25,145 nucleotides of DNA from positions 1 through 25,145 of IMG/VR virus record IMGVR_UViG_3300031625_000232. One strand, given 5' to 3'. This document shows positions 1 through 8,667 of this stretch, one piece after another. Numbering within the stretch: position 1 is the first letter of the stretch; every line of letters begins with the position of its first letter. The notes below the pieces were generated by a model, which worked only from the letters and a program-made list of their open reading frames with translations, made no database searches and was not told the origin of the DNA. The DNA is from a virus. Lineage: Duplodnaviria; Caudoviricetes. A program made the position numbers and the translations under genes.

Positions 1-1
1 T

Positions 2-559
2 AGAATCCATATAACTTTTAACTGTTAAGCTACCAAATAGATTATCTGCACATTCTCCGGTAACCACCGAGTAACACGGATTACTAGCAATCTCATAAAA
101 ATTGTTACTACTTATTAAACAATGTCCAAACTGAGGAAGAATCACATCTCTAAAAAATTTAGGATTCTCAACTTGACTATCTTCGTTAAATGCCAATAGT
201 ACGTTGTCTTTAATATCATTCCAGTACGGACTAGATATTAAAAGGCAAACAATTAATGTACTATCAATACCACCGGAGTACATAATAACTAACTTTTCTT
301 TATTTTTGTTGTTTTGGAAAGATTTAATAATTTCAGTTATTCTACTAACTGAACAACTTTCAAAACTGTTGGCAGTTTTCTTTTCTGGAATTGGACTATT
401 ATTAAAAACATGTTCTCCTAAGTCAAGTGTACCTGTTCTATCGCTTAAACTAATCCAAGGATTAAACATACCATAGAAGCTACGTTGCACTTCTGTTAAA
501 TGTTTACTTCTATCAGAATTTAAAAATTTATAAGGAATATAATATAATAGATTTTTCAT
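2..559 (-). CDS. Asparagine-synthetase-like N-type ATP pyrophosphatase (PP-loop) protein, 3' end runs off the window; not in the ORF track
   Basis: Manual translation from ATG at 559 (TAATG overlap with upstream stop): MKNLLYYIPYKF...KLVIMYSGGIDSTLIV...SVVTGECADNLFGS. SGGxDS and GExADxLFG are the AsnB synthetase-domain motifs; frame open to the window edge. Confidence 0.8.
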   Translation of the reverse strand, partial: MKNLLYYIPYKFLNSDRSKHLTEVQRSFYGMFNPWISLSDRTGTLDLGEHVFNNSPIPEKKTANSFESCSVSRITEIIKSFQNNKNKEKLVIMYSGGIDSTLIVCLLISSPYWNDIKDNVLLAFNEDSQVENPKFFRDVILPQFGHCLISSNNFYEIASNPCYSVVTGECADNLFGSLTVKSYMDS

Positions 560-1185
560 TACATTAACATACTCAAAAATGTTTCTTCAGTTAATTTACT
601 TTTAATTTCCATAAATTGTTCTCTGTCTCGAGCAAATCTTATTTCTTCTTGCATACTAATACGCAATCTTTCTAGTTTTCTTATTTGATACTTCATATTA
701 TCTGCTTTCGCTTTAACTAGGTTAGCAACTGTCTTTGGGTCTATTTTCCTAATGTTGGCTTCATCTACTATAAGTCCAATGTCACCTGGTTGGTCCTCAA
801 TTACTCTTATTGCTTGTTCTTCTTTAATTTTATAAGAATCCCATTGCCAAGGAACTACCTGGGCAAATCGTTTGTAACCATGTTCTAATCGTTGATGTAA
901 TTCTAATAACAATGCTAATCTTGCTTGAATTATACTACTTAACATATCAAGTTTACTATCACGGTCGTCTGTATTTGTAAATACAGTAGTTCTAGGATCT
1001 AAGTATGTTAATTTGAATTTATGATTACCAAGATTTAATTGTTCCATTTCATCATCAGTAATACCATAAATTTTTGATATGACACGGAAGTCTCCTCCGC
1101 ATGCTGATTCTAAAACACTTAAACTTTCATGATGTGCTAATACATCGTTTTCTGCTGTAGTTGCTATTGCTACCCAATGTGACAT
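559..1185 (-). CDS. Hypothetical phage protein; C-terminal half loosely resembles tail-fibre assembly-type helical proteins
   Basis: ORF 559..1215; likely start MSHWVA at 1185 preceded by AAGGAA. The resemblance is by eye only. Confidence 0.6.
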   Translation of the reverse strand: MSHWVAIATTAENDVLAHHESLSVLESACGGDFRVISKIYGITDDEMEQLNLGNHKFKLTYLDPRTTVFTNTDDRDSKLDMLSSIIQARLALLLELHQRLEHGYKRFAQVVPWQWDSYKIKEEQAIRVIEDQPGDIGLIVDEANIRKIDPKTVANLVKAKADNMKYQIRKLERLRISMQEEIRFARDREQFMEIKSKLTEETFLSMLM

Positions 1186-1245
1186 TATATGTTCCTTAGT
1201 ACTTCTATTTAACAAAGGTAATAGATGGCTGTATTACCATCTTTA

Positions 1246-1815
1246 CTAATATAACCATTCTATATCAGGTGTAAAACGTAAAGATAACATAACTCTCCTA
1301 TTTTCGCTGTTGTTAACTACTTGATGCGGAATGTTAATTCTAACTAACATAGGACAGTTAATAACTACGTGATCTAATAACATAGGATCACCTTTCCAGG
1401 AAAGTTCTAAATATTTGGTCCTAGGCCCACTTGTCGCCAAATTTAGCGGCGGCCTCGAATTTTCAATAGCTGTGTATTCTCCATCATACCACTCCATGCG
1501 GCTGTCGGTACAATTTTCAATTGGAATATTTAATGCAATGTCAGCAGCCTTTCGTCTATCTAATCTAAATCCATCTATATGTAATCCTTGATGCTTTTTA
1601 CCTTTTAGAAAGAAGAACATAGCAGATTTGAGTTTTTTATCTTTCCACACTTCACAAGGATTAGAATTTATAAAATCAGTTATATATTTCCAGGCGGGGC
1701 CGGTCCGGCCGATCAACAAGATGCCCTCGGCTTGTTTTTCAAAAAAATCTTCTTGAAACTTGCTAATCATTCTATCAATATTAGGAATTTTTACTTCTTC
1801 ATAATTCTTTACCAT
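1246..1815 (-). CDS. Putative 2OG-Fe(II)/cupin-fold dioxygenase
   Basis: HxD (GLHID), distal H (IPHQVVN) and terminal RxxLSxRF; likely start MVKNYEE at 1815, 5 nt after an ATAAATA motif. Confidence 0.65.
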   Translation of the reverse strand: MVKNYEEVKIPNIDRMISKFQEDFFEKQAEGILLIGRTGPAWKYITDFINSNPCEVWKDKKLKSAMFFFLKGKKHQGLHIDGFRLDRRKAADIALNIPIENCTDSRMEWYDGEYTAIENSRPPLNLATSGPRTKYLELSWKGDPMLLDHVVINCPMLVRINIPHQVVNNSENRRVMLSLRFTPDIEWLY

Positions 1816-1819
1816 ACAC

Positions 1820-1861
1820 TTATTTATCGGTTTAGGTATAACAGTGTCAACCGATAAATAA
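1820..1861. promoter_or_regulatory. Divergent pair of late-type ATAAATA promoters forming a perfect 13-bp inverted repeat
   Basis: TTATTTATCGGTT (1820-1832) and AACCGATAAATAA (1849-1861), 16-bp spacer; each ATAAATA lies 5-6 nt before an ATG (1815 minus, 1867 plus). Resembles the T4 late promoter TATAAATA. Confidence 0.6.
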
Positions 1862-1866
1862 AGTTG

Positions 1867-2328
1867 ATGATGCATTTACTTTTTACATTTCTATTATGGA
1901 CGTTCTTGTTGTATGTTATACATAGGACATTACATGTATGCGGTCAGAAATATTTTCCATTTGCATATAATGCACATAACGATCATCACAAGTATATTAA
2001 TATTACTGGTGGAACAAAATGGCATTGGAATAATATGTTTCTATTTAACGATACATGGTTAAGCACTTTAGATCTATGGATAACAGAAGTAGTGCCTACA
2101 TTACTGTTTAGTTGGATAACAGGTGCTTGGTGGATTTCTATTGTTTATTACTTTTGGGCCGCTTTTATACAAGAAGTAATTGAACACAATCCTAACTTCA
2201 GTTGGTATCCAGCCCTAACATCAGGCAAATGGCATTTAGTGCATCATGTAGATACTTACAAGAACTATGGATTAATTATTCCATTGTGGGATATAGTTTT
2301 TGGTAGCTATAAAATGTACTCTAAATAG
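1867..2328 (+). CDS. Fatty acid hydroxylase / sterol desaturase family membrane di-iron enzyme
   Basis: His boxes HRTLH, HNDHH, EH, HLVHH plus NYG...WDxxFGS; hydrophobic segments; the only credible plus-strand gene. Confidence 0.85.
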   Translation: MMHLLFTFLLWTFLLYVIHRTLHVCGQKYFPFAYNAHNDHHKYINITGGTKWHWNNMFLFNDTWLSTLDLWITEVVPTLLFSWITGAWWISIVYYFWAAFIQEVIEHNPNFSWYPALTSGKWHLVHHVDTYKNYGLIIPLWDIVFGSYKMYSK

Positions 2329-2953
2329 ATGTTTTTTCAATCCAAGATTTAAATGCAAATAAACTTTCATCTGGACTTGTTCTTAGAGTAATTACAGTAG
2401 GCCATATAGTAATCCAATGTCTGTTTACAATATTTTTACTAACAATGTAAGCCATGTCAATTGGATGTAATTTAAACTTAACAGAATTATCAGGGTGTAT
2501 ATAAGTTTGTACAGGACCTGACAATCCTCGTTTTTCTATTTCAGCTATAGCTAATTCTTTATACTTGTCTTTGTCGTTATTTAAATCAGCATTTCGTTGC
2601 AATGACCAAGCACCATTTTCTCTAAACCATTGGCTAGTTACAGCATAGTGACGTTGATGGCAGAGCATATCAAGTAAAACAACTCCATTAGGTACAGAAT
2701 TGTTCTGATATTCATCTAGATCAAATTCTAATGAATGATAGTTAGTTTGTAATTCAACTCCTGACTTATCCCATGCAATGCTTTTAAATGCTCCATTAAA
2801 TGTATTGTCAAGATGAGGAAGATTATTTACTACTAACTTGTCGTAAGGAATAACATAATCTTCAGTTTGTTTAACTCCAAATGTTAAATTCCTTTCAAAT
2901 AAAGGAAAAAATCTAGTTGCTATTTCACTTGGGTTAATAAATACGAAATCCAT
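2321..2953 (-). CDS. Hypothetical protein
   Basis: 210-aa ORF with SD GGAG; convergent overlap with the desaturase stop. Confidence 0.65.
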   Translation of the reverse strand: MDFVFINPSEIATRFFPLFERNLTFGVKQTEDYVIPYDKLVVNNLPHLDNTFNGAFKSIAWDKSGVELQTNYHSLEFDLDEYQNNSVPNGVVLLDMLCHQRHYAVTSQWFRENGAWSLQRNADLNNDKDKYKELAIAEIEKRGLSGPVQTYIHPDNSVKFKLHPIDMAYIVSKNIVNRHWITIWPTVITLRTSPDESLFAFKSWIEKTSI

Positions 2954-2956
2954 TAA

Positions 2957-3259
2957 TTACTCCTGTGAGAAATGTGTTGCTAGTAATGCACCTACAAATC
3001 TAGTTACTTTAGACTTAACAAGATCTGAATTCATCATTACTTCAAAGTCAACAATACGGTCAATACATTCCTGCAATTTAGCCAATTCAAGTATGTCTCC
3101 GCTATTCTTCATACCAATTAATTCATTTTGACGGAAGATTATTTCTGAACCATCGTCTAAATAGACTTTAATAAAGTCGATATATTCAACTGGCACTTCG
3201 TCAACTTGTATCTCCCGTAACATTTCTTCAAAGCTACGATCTTTTTTACGAATAGGCAT
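2957..3259 (-). CDS. Hypothetical phage protein
   Basis: Likely start MPIRKK at 3259, which avoids overlap with the upstream gene ending at 3285. Confidence 0.65.
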   Translation of the reverse strand: MPIRKKDRSFEEMLREIQVDEVPVEYIDFIKVYLDDGSEIIFRQNELIGMKNSGDILELAKLQECIDRIVDFEVMMNSDLVKSKVTRFVGALLATHFSQE

Positions 3260-3284
3260 ACTATGTAACTTCTTTACAGATAAA

Positions 3285-3941
3285 TTAGGCGGACGCTTCT
3301 GCGGCCTTTTTAGTTGGCCGCCCCCTCTTAGGTTTATTAGAAACATCACTAACAGGTTGTTCAACTTTTGTTAAAACTGGTGCAGTTGTCGGAACAAGTT
3401 CCTCTGCCTCGGCCCTAAGCCTAGTTGCCTCTGCTTCAAATGTCATTGCTTGATTACGCAATTTACTAGCAATAGCATCATCATCTAAAATACCTGGATT
3501 AGTTGATGCATTAGTTCCTTCGTTAGCAATGTCACCCGAACGTGTAGCAACACCTGGTTGCCCTGGAACACCAGGAAGTTTAGCACGAGCAATCTGCTTT
3601 AACTCTCTATTTAAATCCGATAAGTTAATAGACTGTCCAGGTGTTGGGACCATCATAATTGATTTAGTTGAAACCTTAGTAAGCCAGCCCTTTGCATGGA
3701 TCGTTGCTAACATATCAGATCCATCATTAAACTTCTGCCTATGCAAGAAATCCCCAATATCGTCTGCCGCTTGTCCTTGTGAACTTTCAACAGCCTTAAT
3801 AAGATCTGCATGATGAAGTTCTGGCAAATCAGCAGTTCTCACTACCAATGCACTTTCTCCGTCACCTGGAACTTCGCGGAATACAACAACTAACTTCTTG
3901 CCTTTTCCATCCTGTCCGACGTGTTTAATAAATCTAGCCAT
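3285..3941 (-). CDS. Hypothetical phage protein with C-terminal coiled coil and AT-hook-like KRGRP tail
   Basis: 218-aa ORF, SD AGGAG; C-terminus KPKRGRPTKK. Confidence 0.75.
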   Translation of the reverse strand: MARFIKHVGQDGKGKKLVVVFREVPGDGESALVVRTADLPELHHADLIKAVESSQGQAADDIGDFLHRQKFNDGSDMLATIHAKGWLTKVSTKSIMMVPTPGQSINLSDLNRELKQIARAKLPGVPGQPGVATRSGDIANEGTNASTNPGILDDDAIASKLRNQAMTFEAEATRLRAEAEELVPTTAPVLTKVEQPVSDVSNKPKRGRPTKKAAEASA

Positions 3942-3950
3942 TTTTTACTC

Positions 3951-4268
3951 CTAGCCTTGTGTCGCAGAGTCTTCGGTAACTACTGGTTCAGCATTAACCG
4001 GTTCTACGTTAACACCATCTGCTTGAGGTGCTTCTCCATTTGCTTTAGCTACCATAGGCTCTGTTGCCTTAATAAATGCAGTAACTCTTTCCCACACTTC
4101 GCCAATTACCTTAAATTCGTTAGGGCGATATGCACCTCTATTTGCTCCAATTTCGATTGCTCCGCAGACTACTTTTAAGTCTTCTAAGTTAAGTCCAACT
4201 GGTGCAGGTGGTGCTGTATCTTCTGTTGGTGGTGCAACAACTTCTTCTGTATTTGCTTCATCAGCCAT
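3951..4268 (-). CDS. Hypothetical phage protein, acidic termini around a helical core (DLxx...RGAY...IG)
   Basis: 105-aa ORF, SD GGAG, TATAAGTA motif upstream at 4324-4331. Confidence 0.7.
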   Translation of the reverse strand: MADEANTEEVVAPPTEDTAPPAPVGLNLEDLKVVCGAIEIGANRGAYRPNEFKVIGEVWERVTAFIKATEPMVAKANGEAPQADGVNVEPVNAEPVVTEDSATQG

Positions 4269-4361
4269 TTAAATATTCTCCGTTATAAAATAAATTAGTG
4301 GACACATTCTTTCTGCCCACTGATACTTATAGCTATTTTAACTGGTGTGTGTAACCGTTAT

Positions 4362-5327
4362 TTAAAATCCATTAGGAACAAGAACATAATGTATTAGTAA
4401 TACAATACCCAATGATGCTCCTAAACCTACCATCATCTTCATAAAATCTCTTCCTACTATAGGAAACACATTTTTTAATCTGTATGATCCGTCGCTTAGT
4501 GTTCCTATTGCAAGTTCACGTCCACATAGTATTCCAACAAATACCCATGTCGTTGACATTGGAATATTGTTTAGTTCTTTAAAGAAAAGTAAACATACAA
4601 AGTAAGCGGCATTAATAATTGTTGCACTTCTAACGTATCTAGTATGTTGTTTCTCTAATACAATCTGTTGAATCTTACCGCCACCTTCTCGGAACATAAA
4701 CCCAAGACCTATAATAAACACTAGGCTAACTAGTACCATCATATCCCATGGAACTTGGCGTGGTAGAAATACTGCTATGTTTGCAATATCATGTGCTAGC
4801 CAAGTCCACCATAAGAAACCAGCAGTTATCCATTGTGCTACTCTCCAATAAGGTTTACGAGATTCTGTTACGGGATTATTACGTTCATCTAACCATTTTG
4901 CAATTAGTATCCATAATACATATGCAAATACTGCGGCAACTGCATATCCCATTATGCTTTTTACTAGCATCTTCTCTAATACAAATGTACTTGCAAATGC
5001 ACTTAAAACTAAAAAAGACGTACTAACTGGTACGCCTATTCTTGTTAGTAATAACAGTACAAGTGGAGCCATTGCATGATACCATTTAACTTCCTGGAAT
5101 GGTATTTTATCTAATCTACCATAACTAATATCACCACCATTTACAGTCCAACCATACCAAAGTGCCCAAAGTAAAACTGCACTAGCAGAGCACCACATAG
5201 TTGTCCAATGGAATCTTTGACTGTTACTTGCAATCCATGTACCTAGTGTTTGTACACTGTCGTTTGCAATAACTGAGTATCCAGCAAATAGAAATCCTAC
5301 GGCCATCCAAACTGTTAACTGATCCAT
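4362..5327 (-). CDS. Polytopic membrane transporter, PiT/PHO4-like (phosphate/anion permease) candidate
   Basis: About 9-10 TM segments; two PiT-like signatures (IANDSVQTLGT and AHDIANIA) and two PVSTS/PMSTT motifs typical of the PiT inverted repeat. Confidence 0.65.
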   Translation of the reverse strand: MDQLTVWMAVGFLFAGYSVIANDSVQTLGTWIASNSQRFHWTTMWCSASAVLLWALWYGWTVNGGDISYGRLDKIPFQEVKWYHAMAPLVLLLLTRIGVPVSTSFLVLSAFASTFVLEKMLVKSIMGYAVAAVFAYVLWILIAKWLDERNNPVTESRKPYWRVAQWITAGFLWWTWLAHDIANIAVFLPRQVPWDMMVLVSLVFIIGLGFMFREGGGKIQQIVLEKQHTRYVRSATIINAAYFVCLLFFKELNNIPMSTTWVFVGILCGRELAIGTLSDGSYRLKNVFPIVGRDFMKMMVGLGASLGIVLLIHYVLVPNGF

Positions 5328-5344
5328 TAAATCCTCTTCTGTTA

Positions 5345-6541
5345 TTATTTCTTTGGCATATAATTAGCAGTAATACCAAATGGTGCTTTAATTTCCTCAT
5401 TACCGTGAATTACAAATAATGTATCACAGTAATTTTCATCTCCCCAAGATCCCCAAGGATAACCATCAGTAAGTACAACTAATTGATGAGGAGTAATGTC
5501 ATTGTATTTTAGATGATCCCATATACAATCAAAGTCTGTTCCGCCGCCACCTTGTATTGTATATTCAGACATATCACGGCCATCGTCTGACGTAAAATTA
5601 TCTTCATTATATACTTTAGTATCAAATGTAATAATTTTAACATTATAAGAATCAAACTGATCTAATGAACCTTGCACAATACCTAAGAAATCTGATAATG
5701 TAGTATCCCATATACTACCTGATGCATCAAGTGCAATAACAACATCTAACATCTCACCTGGCAATGTACCAGGAAGAATAGCACCAGTATGCCAACCTTT
5801 TCTATTAGGACGCATCCAAGTGTAATCTGATTTTAATGAACTACTAAATTGAATTTGAAATAGTTCACGTAGATCTAAAACAGGCTCAGTAATTGATTTT
5901 ACAAGACGTTTAATATCACCAGGCACATTATCAGCACCAGCTTTATTTACTGCATCAATAACTGCTTCTTTCCATTCGTTTTTAAGAGCTTTCTTTTCTT
6001 CTGCACTAAGTTTCTTAAATTTAGGTTTGTTATTGTTAGTAGATTTACCTTGAGGATCATCTGAACTAGCAGAACCTTCACCATCTAAATCAAGATGTTC
6101 GTCAAGTGTATTTTGAATAGCTTCACCACGTTCATATAGTTTGTCATACACTTCATCAGCAGTATGTTTTTCATATTGCTTATCAAGTAAAATAGGAACA
6201 GTAGTAATAGCACGGCCAACATTCTCACGAACTAGCATGTTATTAATAATATAGTCACCAGCCATATTCCAAAGATCTGGATTACGACTACCTCGTCTAG
6301 TCATGTGTTCAAATATAATATGACCAATTTCATGAGCAAAGCCAAATACCATTTCCTGGTCATCTAGCTTTTGAATAAAATCTGAATTGTAATAAAATTT
6401 ACGACCATCAGTAGCAATGGTAGAACACCAATCTACTTCTTCTAAAACCAATCTAGCTGACAAAGGTCCCCAAAAAGGATACTTTAGTAGCATAGAAATT
6501 CTTGCTTTAATTAACTTATCTTTTGAACTTATATTGGACAT
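5345..6541 (-). CDS. DUF2201-type protein: N-terminal HExxH metallopeptidase-like domain plus C-terminal VWA domain
   Basis: ATDG, AHEIGH, WNxAxDY; MIDAS DASGS, GGGTDF, LTDG. Start MSNISS at 6541 after GGAG and downstream of the promoter. Confidence 0.85.
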   Translation of the reverse strand: MSNISSKDKLIKARISMLLKYPFWGPLSARLVLEEVDWCSTIATDGRKFYYNSDFIQKLDDQEMVFGFAHEIGHIIFEHMTRRGSRNPDLWNMAGDYIINNMLVRENVGRAITTVPILLDKQYEKHTADEVYDKLYERGEAIQNTLDEHLDLDGEGSASSDDPQGKSTNNNKPKFKKLSAEEKKALKNEWKEAVIDAVNKAGADNVPGDIKRLVKSITEPVLDLRELFQIQFSSSLKSDYTWMRPNRKGWHTGAILPGTLPGEMLDVVIALDASGSIWDTTLSDFLGIVQGSLDQFDSYNVKIITFDTKVYNEDNFTSDDGRDMSEYTIQGGGGTDFDCIWDHLKYNDITPHQLVVLTDGYPWGSWGDENYCDTLFVIHGNEEIKAPFGITANYMPKK

Positions 6542-6570
6542 GTGTGGCTCCATTTCCTTATTGTTTATAC

Positions 6571-6602
6571 AGTATAGCACCTAATGTATGTAATGTCAAC
6601 CT
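6571..6602 (-). promoter_or_regulatory. Sigma70-type early promoter
   Basis: AGG-TTGACA-17 nt-TATACT with TGn extended -10. Confidence 0.8.
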
Positions 6603-6627
6603 ATTTCTACCATTATTTTATATTTTT

Positions 6628-6963
6628 TTAATGGCCTCTAATTTGTCCGTCCCTGTTATGGTAAACAGGTTCTATTGTATCTGGCTTAGATAAATCCCAT
6701 AACATAGCATCTTCTTCTTTTCTAAACCATATAGTAAGTTTAGTGTAATCATAATCTAATTGTTTTAAATTGTTATCCTTGCACCAGACTTTTAACTTCC
6801 ATCTAGGTATGTGTTCGGTAGGTCGGTTGGACCAACCCTTTCGTTGTTCGCAGAGCCACTCGCTAACTTCCGAAGATTCAGGGGGTTGATCCAACCATAT
6901 TGTACGAGCATCTGGGCCATATAACTTATCTGATATAGCCCAGTCTCGAATCCTTTTAGTCAT
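6628..6963 (-). CDS. Hypothetical phage protein (W...FxxxEDAM motif)
   Basis: 111-aa ORF overlapping the AAA stop by 8 nt. Confidence 0.65.
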   Translation of the reverse strand: MTKRIRDWAISDKLYGPDARTIWLDQPPESSEVSEWLCEQRKGWSNRPTEHIPRWKLKVWCKDNNLKQLDYDYTKLTIWFRKEEDAMLWDLSKPDTIEPVYHNRDGQIRGH

Positions 6964-8065
6964 CAGTTAGAAGATGTGCATAACGTTTAAAGAAATCCGG
7001 AAAGTTAGACATCTTCTTACGATCAAACACTACTTTATAGTTTTTAAGAACTGTATGGGCACCCATAATCACCATTTCTGGCTCAAAGTTTTCCATACAA
7101 AATCCTAACCAATTGTCTGCCGCCTTGTTAAAGGCATCTGATTTACCAGAACGTTTTGCATCTTGGTAACTAGTCCTCAATTCGTAACATAATGAAACTA
7201 CTAATGCATATGTAGCAGATACTTCTTTGCTTTCAAACTTAGTAACTTTACCACTAAGCACATCTGCTGGATCAGGAAGATCAGCGGCGTGTTTACGGTG
7301 AGACATAAATTTAATAGCAAGTCCTTCGCTAACAAGTCCGGAAACCATATCAGTATTAGCTGAATCTGACATTGTGTCATCTAGCATTTCTGATACAAAC
7401 GTCCAGGTACGAGGAGTAGCAAATGCACGATCATGCATTGTAGGATCAAAGTTATAAAGATCACTTTTAAACTGCTTCAGGTATCCAACTACTTGTGGAT
7501 GGACTTCATTATCAATAGCCCAAATCTCCCAGTCATCAAAATCAACTCTCAATTCAACATGTAAAAATCTATTAGCCAACGGACTTGGCATACGATAAGT
7601 TACACCTTTATCACCAAGTCTATTACCTGCGGCGAGAATAACAACATTCTCAGGAAGAATATAATTACCAACTTTTCGGTTAAGAACTAATTGATAAGCC
7701 GCCGCTTGTACTGCTGGAGGAGCACTATTAAGTTCGTCCAAGAATAAAAATACAATATCGTATTCTGCGGCAAGTTCTTTACTTGGAAGTTCGGATGGAG
7801 GTGCCCATTTCATTGTATTATCGGTAGATGAATAATACGGGACACCTTTAATATCTGTTGGATCCATTAATGCCATTCGCATATCAATAACTAATGATTT
7901 TTCTACTTCACTAGCAACCTGATCTACCATATCAGATTTACCAACACCCGGAGGACCCCATATAAAGATTGGACGTCTTTTTTGGATAGCCCTACGAATA
8001 ATAGGCTTGCACTCGCTAATTTTTAGAGTGTTTGGTTCATTAACTGTTTGTTCTGCTTGTCCCAT
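6956..8065 (-). CDS. MoxR/CobS-like AAA+ ATPase
   Basis: Walker A GPPGVGKS, Walker B FLFLDE, sensor AAGN, Arg finger PLANRF, TPRTW; near a VWA gene. Confidence 0.9.
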   Translation of the reverse strand: MGQAEQTVNEPNTLKISECKPIIRRAIQKRRPIFIWGPPGVGKSDMVDQVASEVEKSLVIDMRMALMDPTDIKGVPYYSSTDNTMKWAPPSELPSKELAAEYDIVFLFLDELNSAPPAVQAAAYQLVLNRKVGNYILPENVVILAAGNRLGDKGVTYRMPSPLANRFLHVELRVDFDDWEIWAIDNEVHPQVVGYLKQFKSDLYNFDPTMHDRAFATPRTWTFVSEMLDDTMSDSANTDMVSGLVSEGLAIKFMSHRKHAADLPDPADVLSGKVTKFESKEVSATYALVVSLCYELRTSYQDAKRSGKSDAFNKAADNWLGFCMENFEPEMVIMGAHTVLKNYKVVFDRKKMSNFPDFFKRYAHLLTDD

Positions 8066-8104
8066 TTGGTGGCTCCTCTTTGGGTTAGTTCTAATTATGT
8101 TACT

Positions 8105-8136
8105 ACTATAACACCCTTACTGACTAATGTCAACCT
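8105..8136 (-). promoter_or_regulatory. Sigma70-type early promoter
   Basis: AGG-TTGACA-17 nt-TATAGT with TGn extension. Confidence 0.75.
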
Positions 8137-8428
8137 CTTTCTGCATATTTTCTGAAATAATTTCTTCTTGTGCAACAACTGGCATAACCATATTAGCCCA
8201 CATACTTCCAATAATCTCTTGCTTAGACATCGGATTTGGAAGTTCAACAAACTTAACATCTGTCATACCTGCACGAACCAAACTACGAGTTCGTCGCTTG
8301 TCATTAGTAAATCGAAGTTTACCGTTACCTTTTTTGCTAGTTGCAAAACCAACAAATTTAAATGTTTCGCCCATAGCAACTTCTTCAATTGCCGCTTCAA
8401 GTACCGCTTCAGTAATAAGTTCGTTCAT
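8117..8428 (-). CDS. Hypothetical early phage protein
   Basis: 103-aa ORF with SD GGAG and its own promoter. Confidence 0.7.
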   Translation of the reverse strand: MNELITEAVLEAAIEEVAMGETFKFVGFATSKKGNGKLRFTNDKRRTRSLVRAGMTDVKFVELPNPMSKQEIIGSMWANMVMPVVAQEEIISENMQKEVDISQ

Positions 8429-8450
8429 AATAAGCTCCGTTTTAAGTAAC

Positions 8451-8471
8451 CAGTTGAGCCATCCTCAACTG
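8451..8471 (-). promoter_or_regulatory. 5'-leader hairpin
   Basis: CAGTTGAG-5 nt-CTCAACTG perfect 8-bp stem just downstream of the predicted start site of the 8484-8515 promoter. Confidence 0.45.
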
Positions 8472-8483
8472 CATTATGTTTAT

Positions 8484-8515
8484 ATAATAACACAACGGTC
8501 CAGTAATGTCAACCT
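8484..8515 (-). promoter_or_regulatory. Sigma70-type early promoter with upstream A-tracts (UP-like)
   Basis: AGG-TTGACA-17 nt-TATTAT with TGn extension. Confidence 0.7.
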
Positions 8516-8551
8516 TTTTCTGACTCTTTTTTAATTTTTCTTTTGCAATAA

Positions 8552-8564
8552 AATCAATGACTTA
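8552..8564 (+). promoter_or_regulatory. IHF consensus binding site
   Basis: AATCAATGACTTA is an exact match to WATCAANNNNTTR with 5' T-tracts; intergenic. Confidence 0.5.
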
Positions 8565-8575
8565 GCAAAATCCAC

Positions 8576-8607
8576 AAAAAAACCCGCAAGTTTTATGTAC
8601 TTGCGGG
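8576..8607 (-). terminator. Rho-independent terminator
   Basis: CCCGCAAGT/ACTTGCGGG 9-bp stem (8583-8607) followed on the minus strand by T7; downstream of ORF 8668..9093. Confidence 0.85.
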
Positions 8608-8667
8608 CCTATTTTAGTTGCTAAATCAGGAGGTAAAACCTATAACCCCTAATAAAACTAAGGGTAA

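Noticed and set aside
204-476. Plus-strand 90-aa ORF
   Set aside because: Antisense shadow of the Asn-synthetase-like gene, which carries recognisable motifs.
2-559. Calling the SGGIDS protein QueC
   Set aside because: QueC has SGGxDS at its extreme N-terminus; here it is near residue 95 and followed by the AsnB-type GExADxLFG motif.
4297-4321. Hairpin upstream of 3951..4268 as a terminator
   Set aside because: 8-bp stem with a 9-nt loop and weak U tract, downstream of a TATAAGTA motif; more likely a leader structure, too weak to call.
5345-6580. Longest-ORF starts given by the track (also 1215, 1875, 3364, 15237, 17523, 18863, 22322)
   Set aside because: They overlap promoters or upstream genes; downstream ATGs with SD or stop-start coupling fit better.
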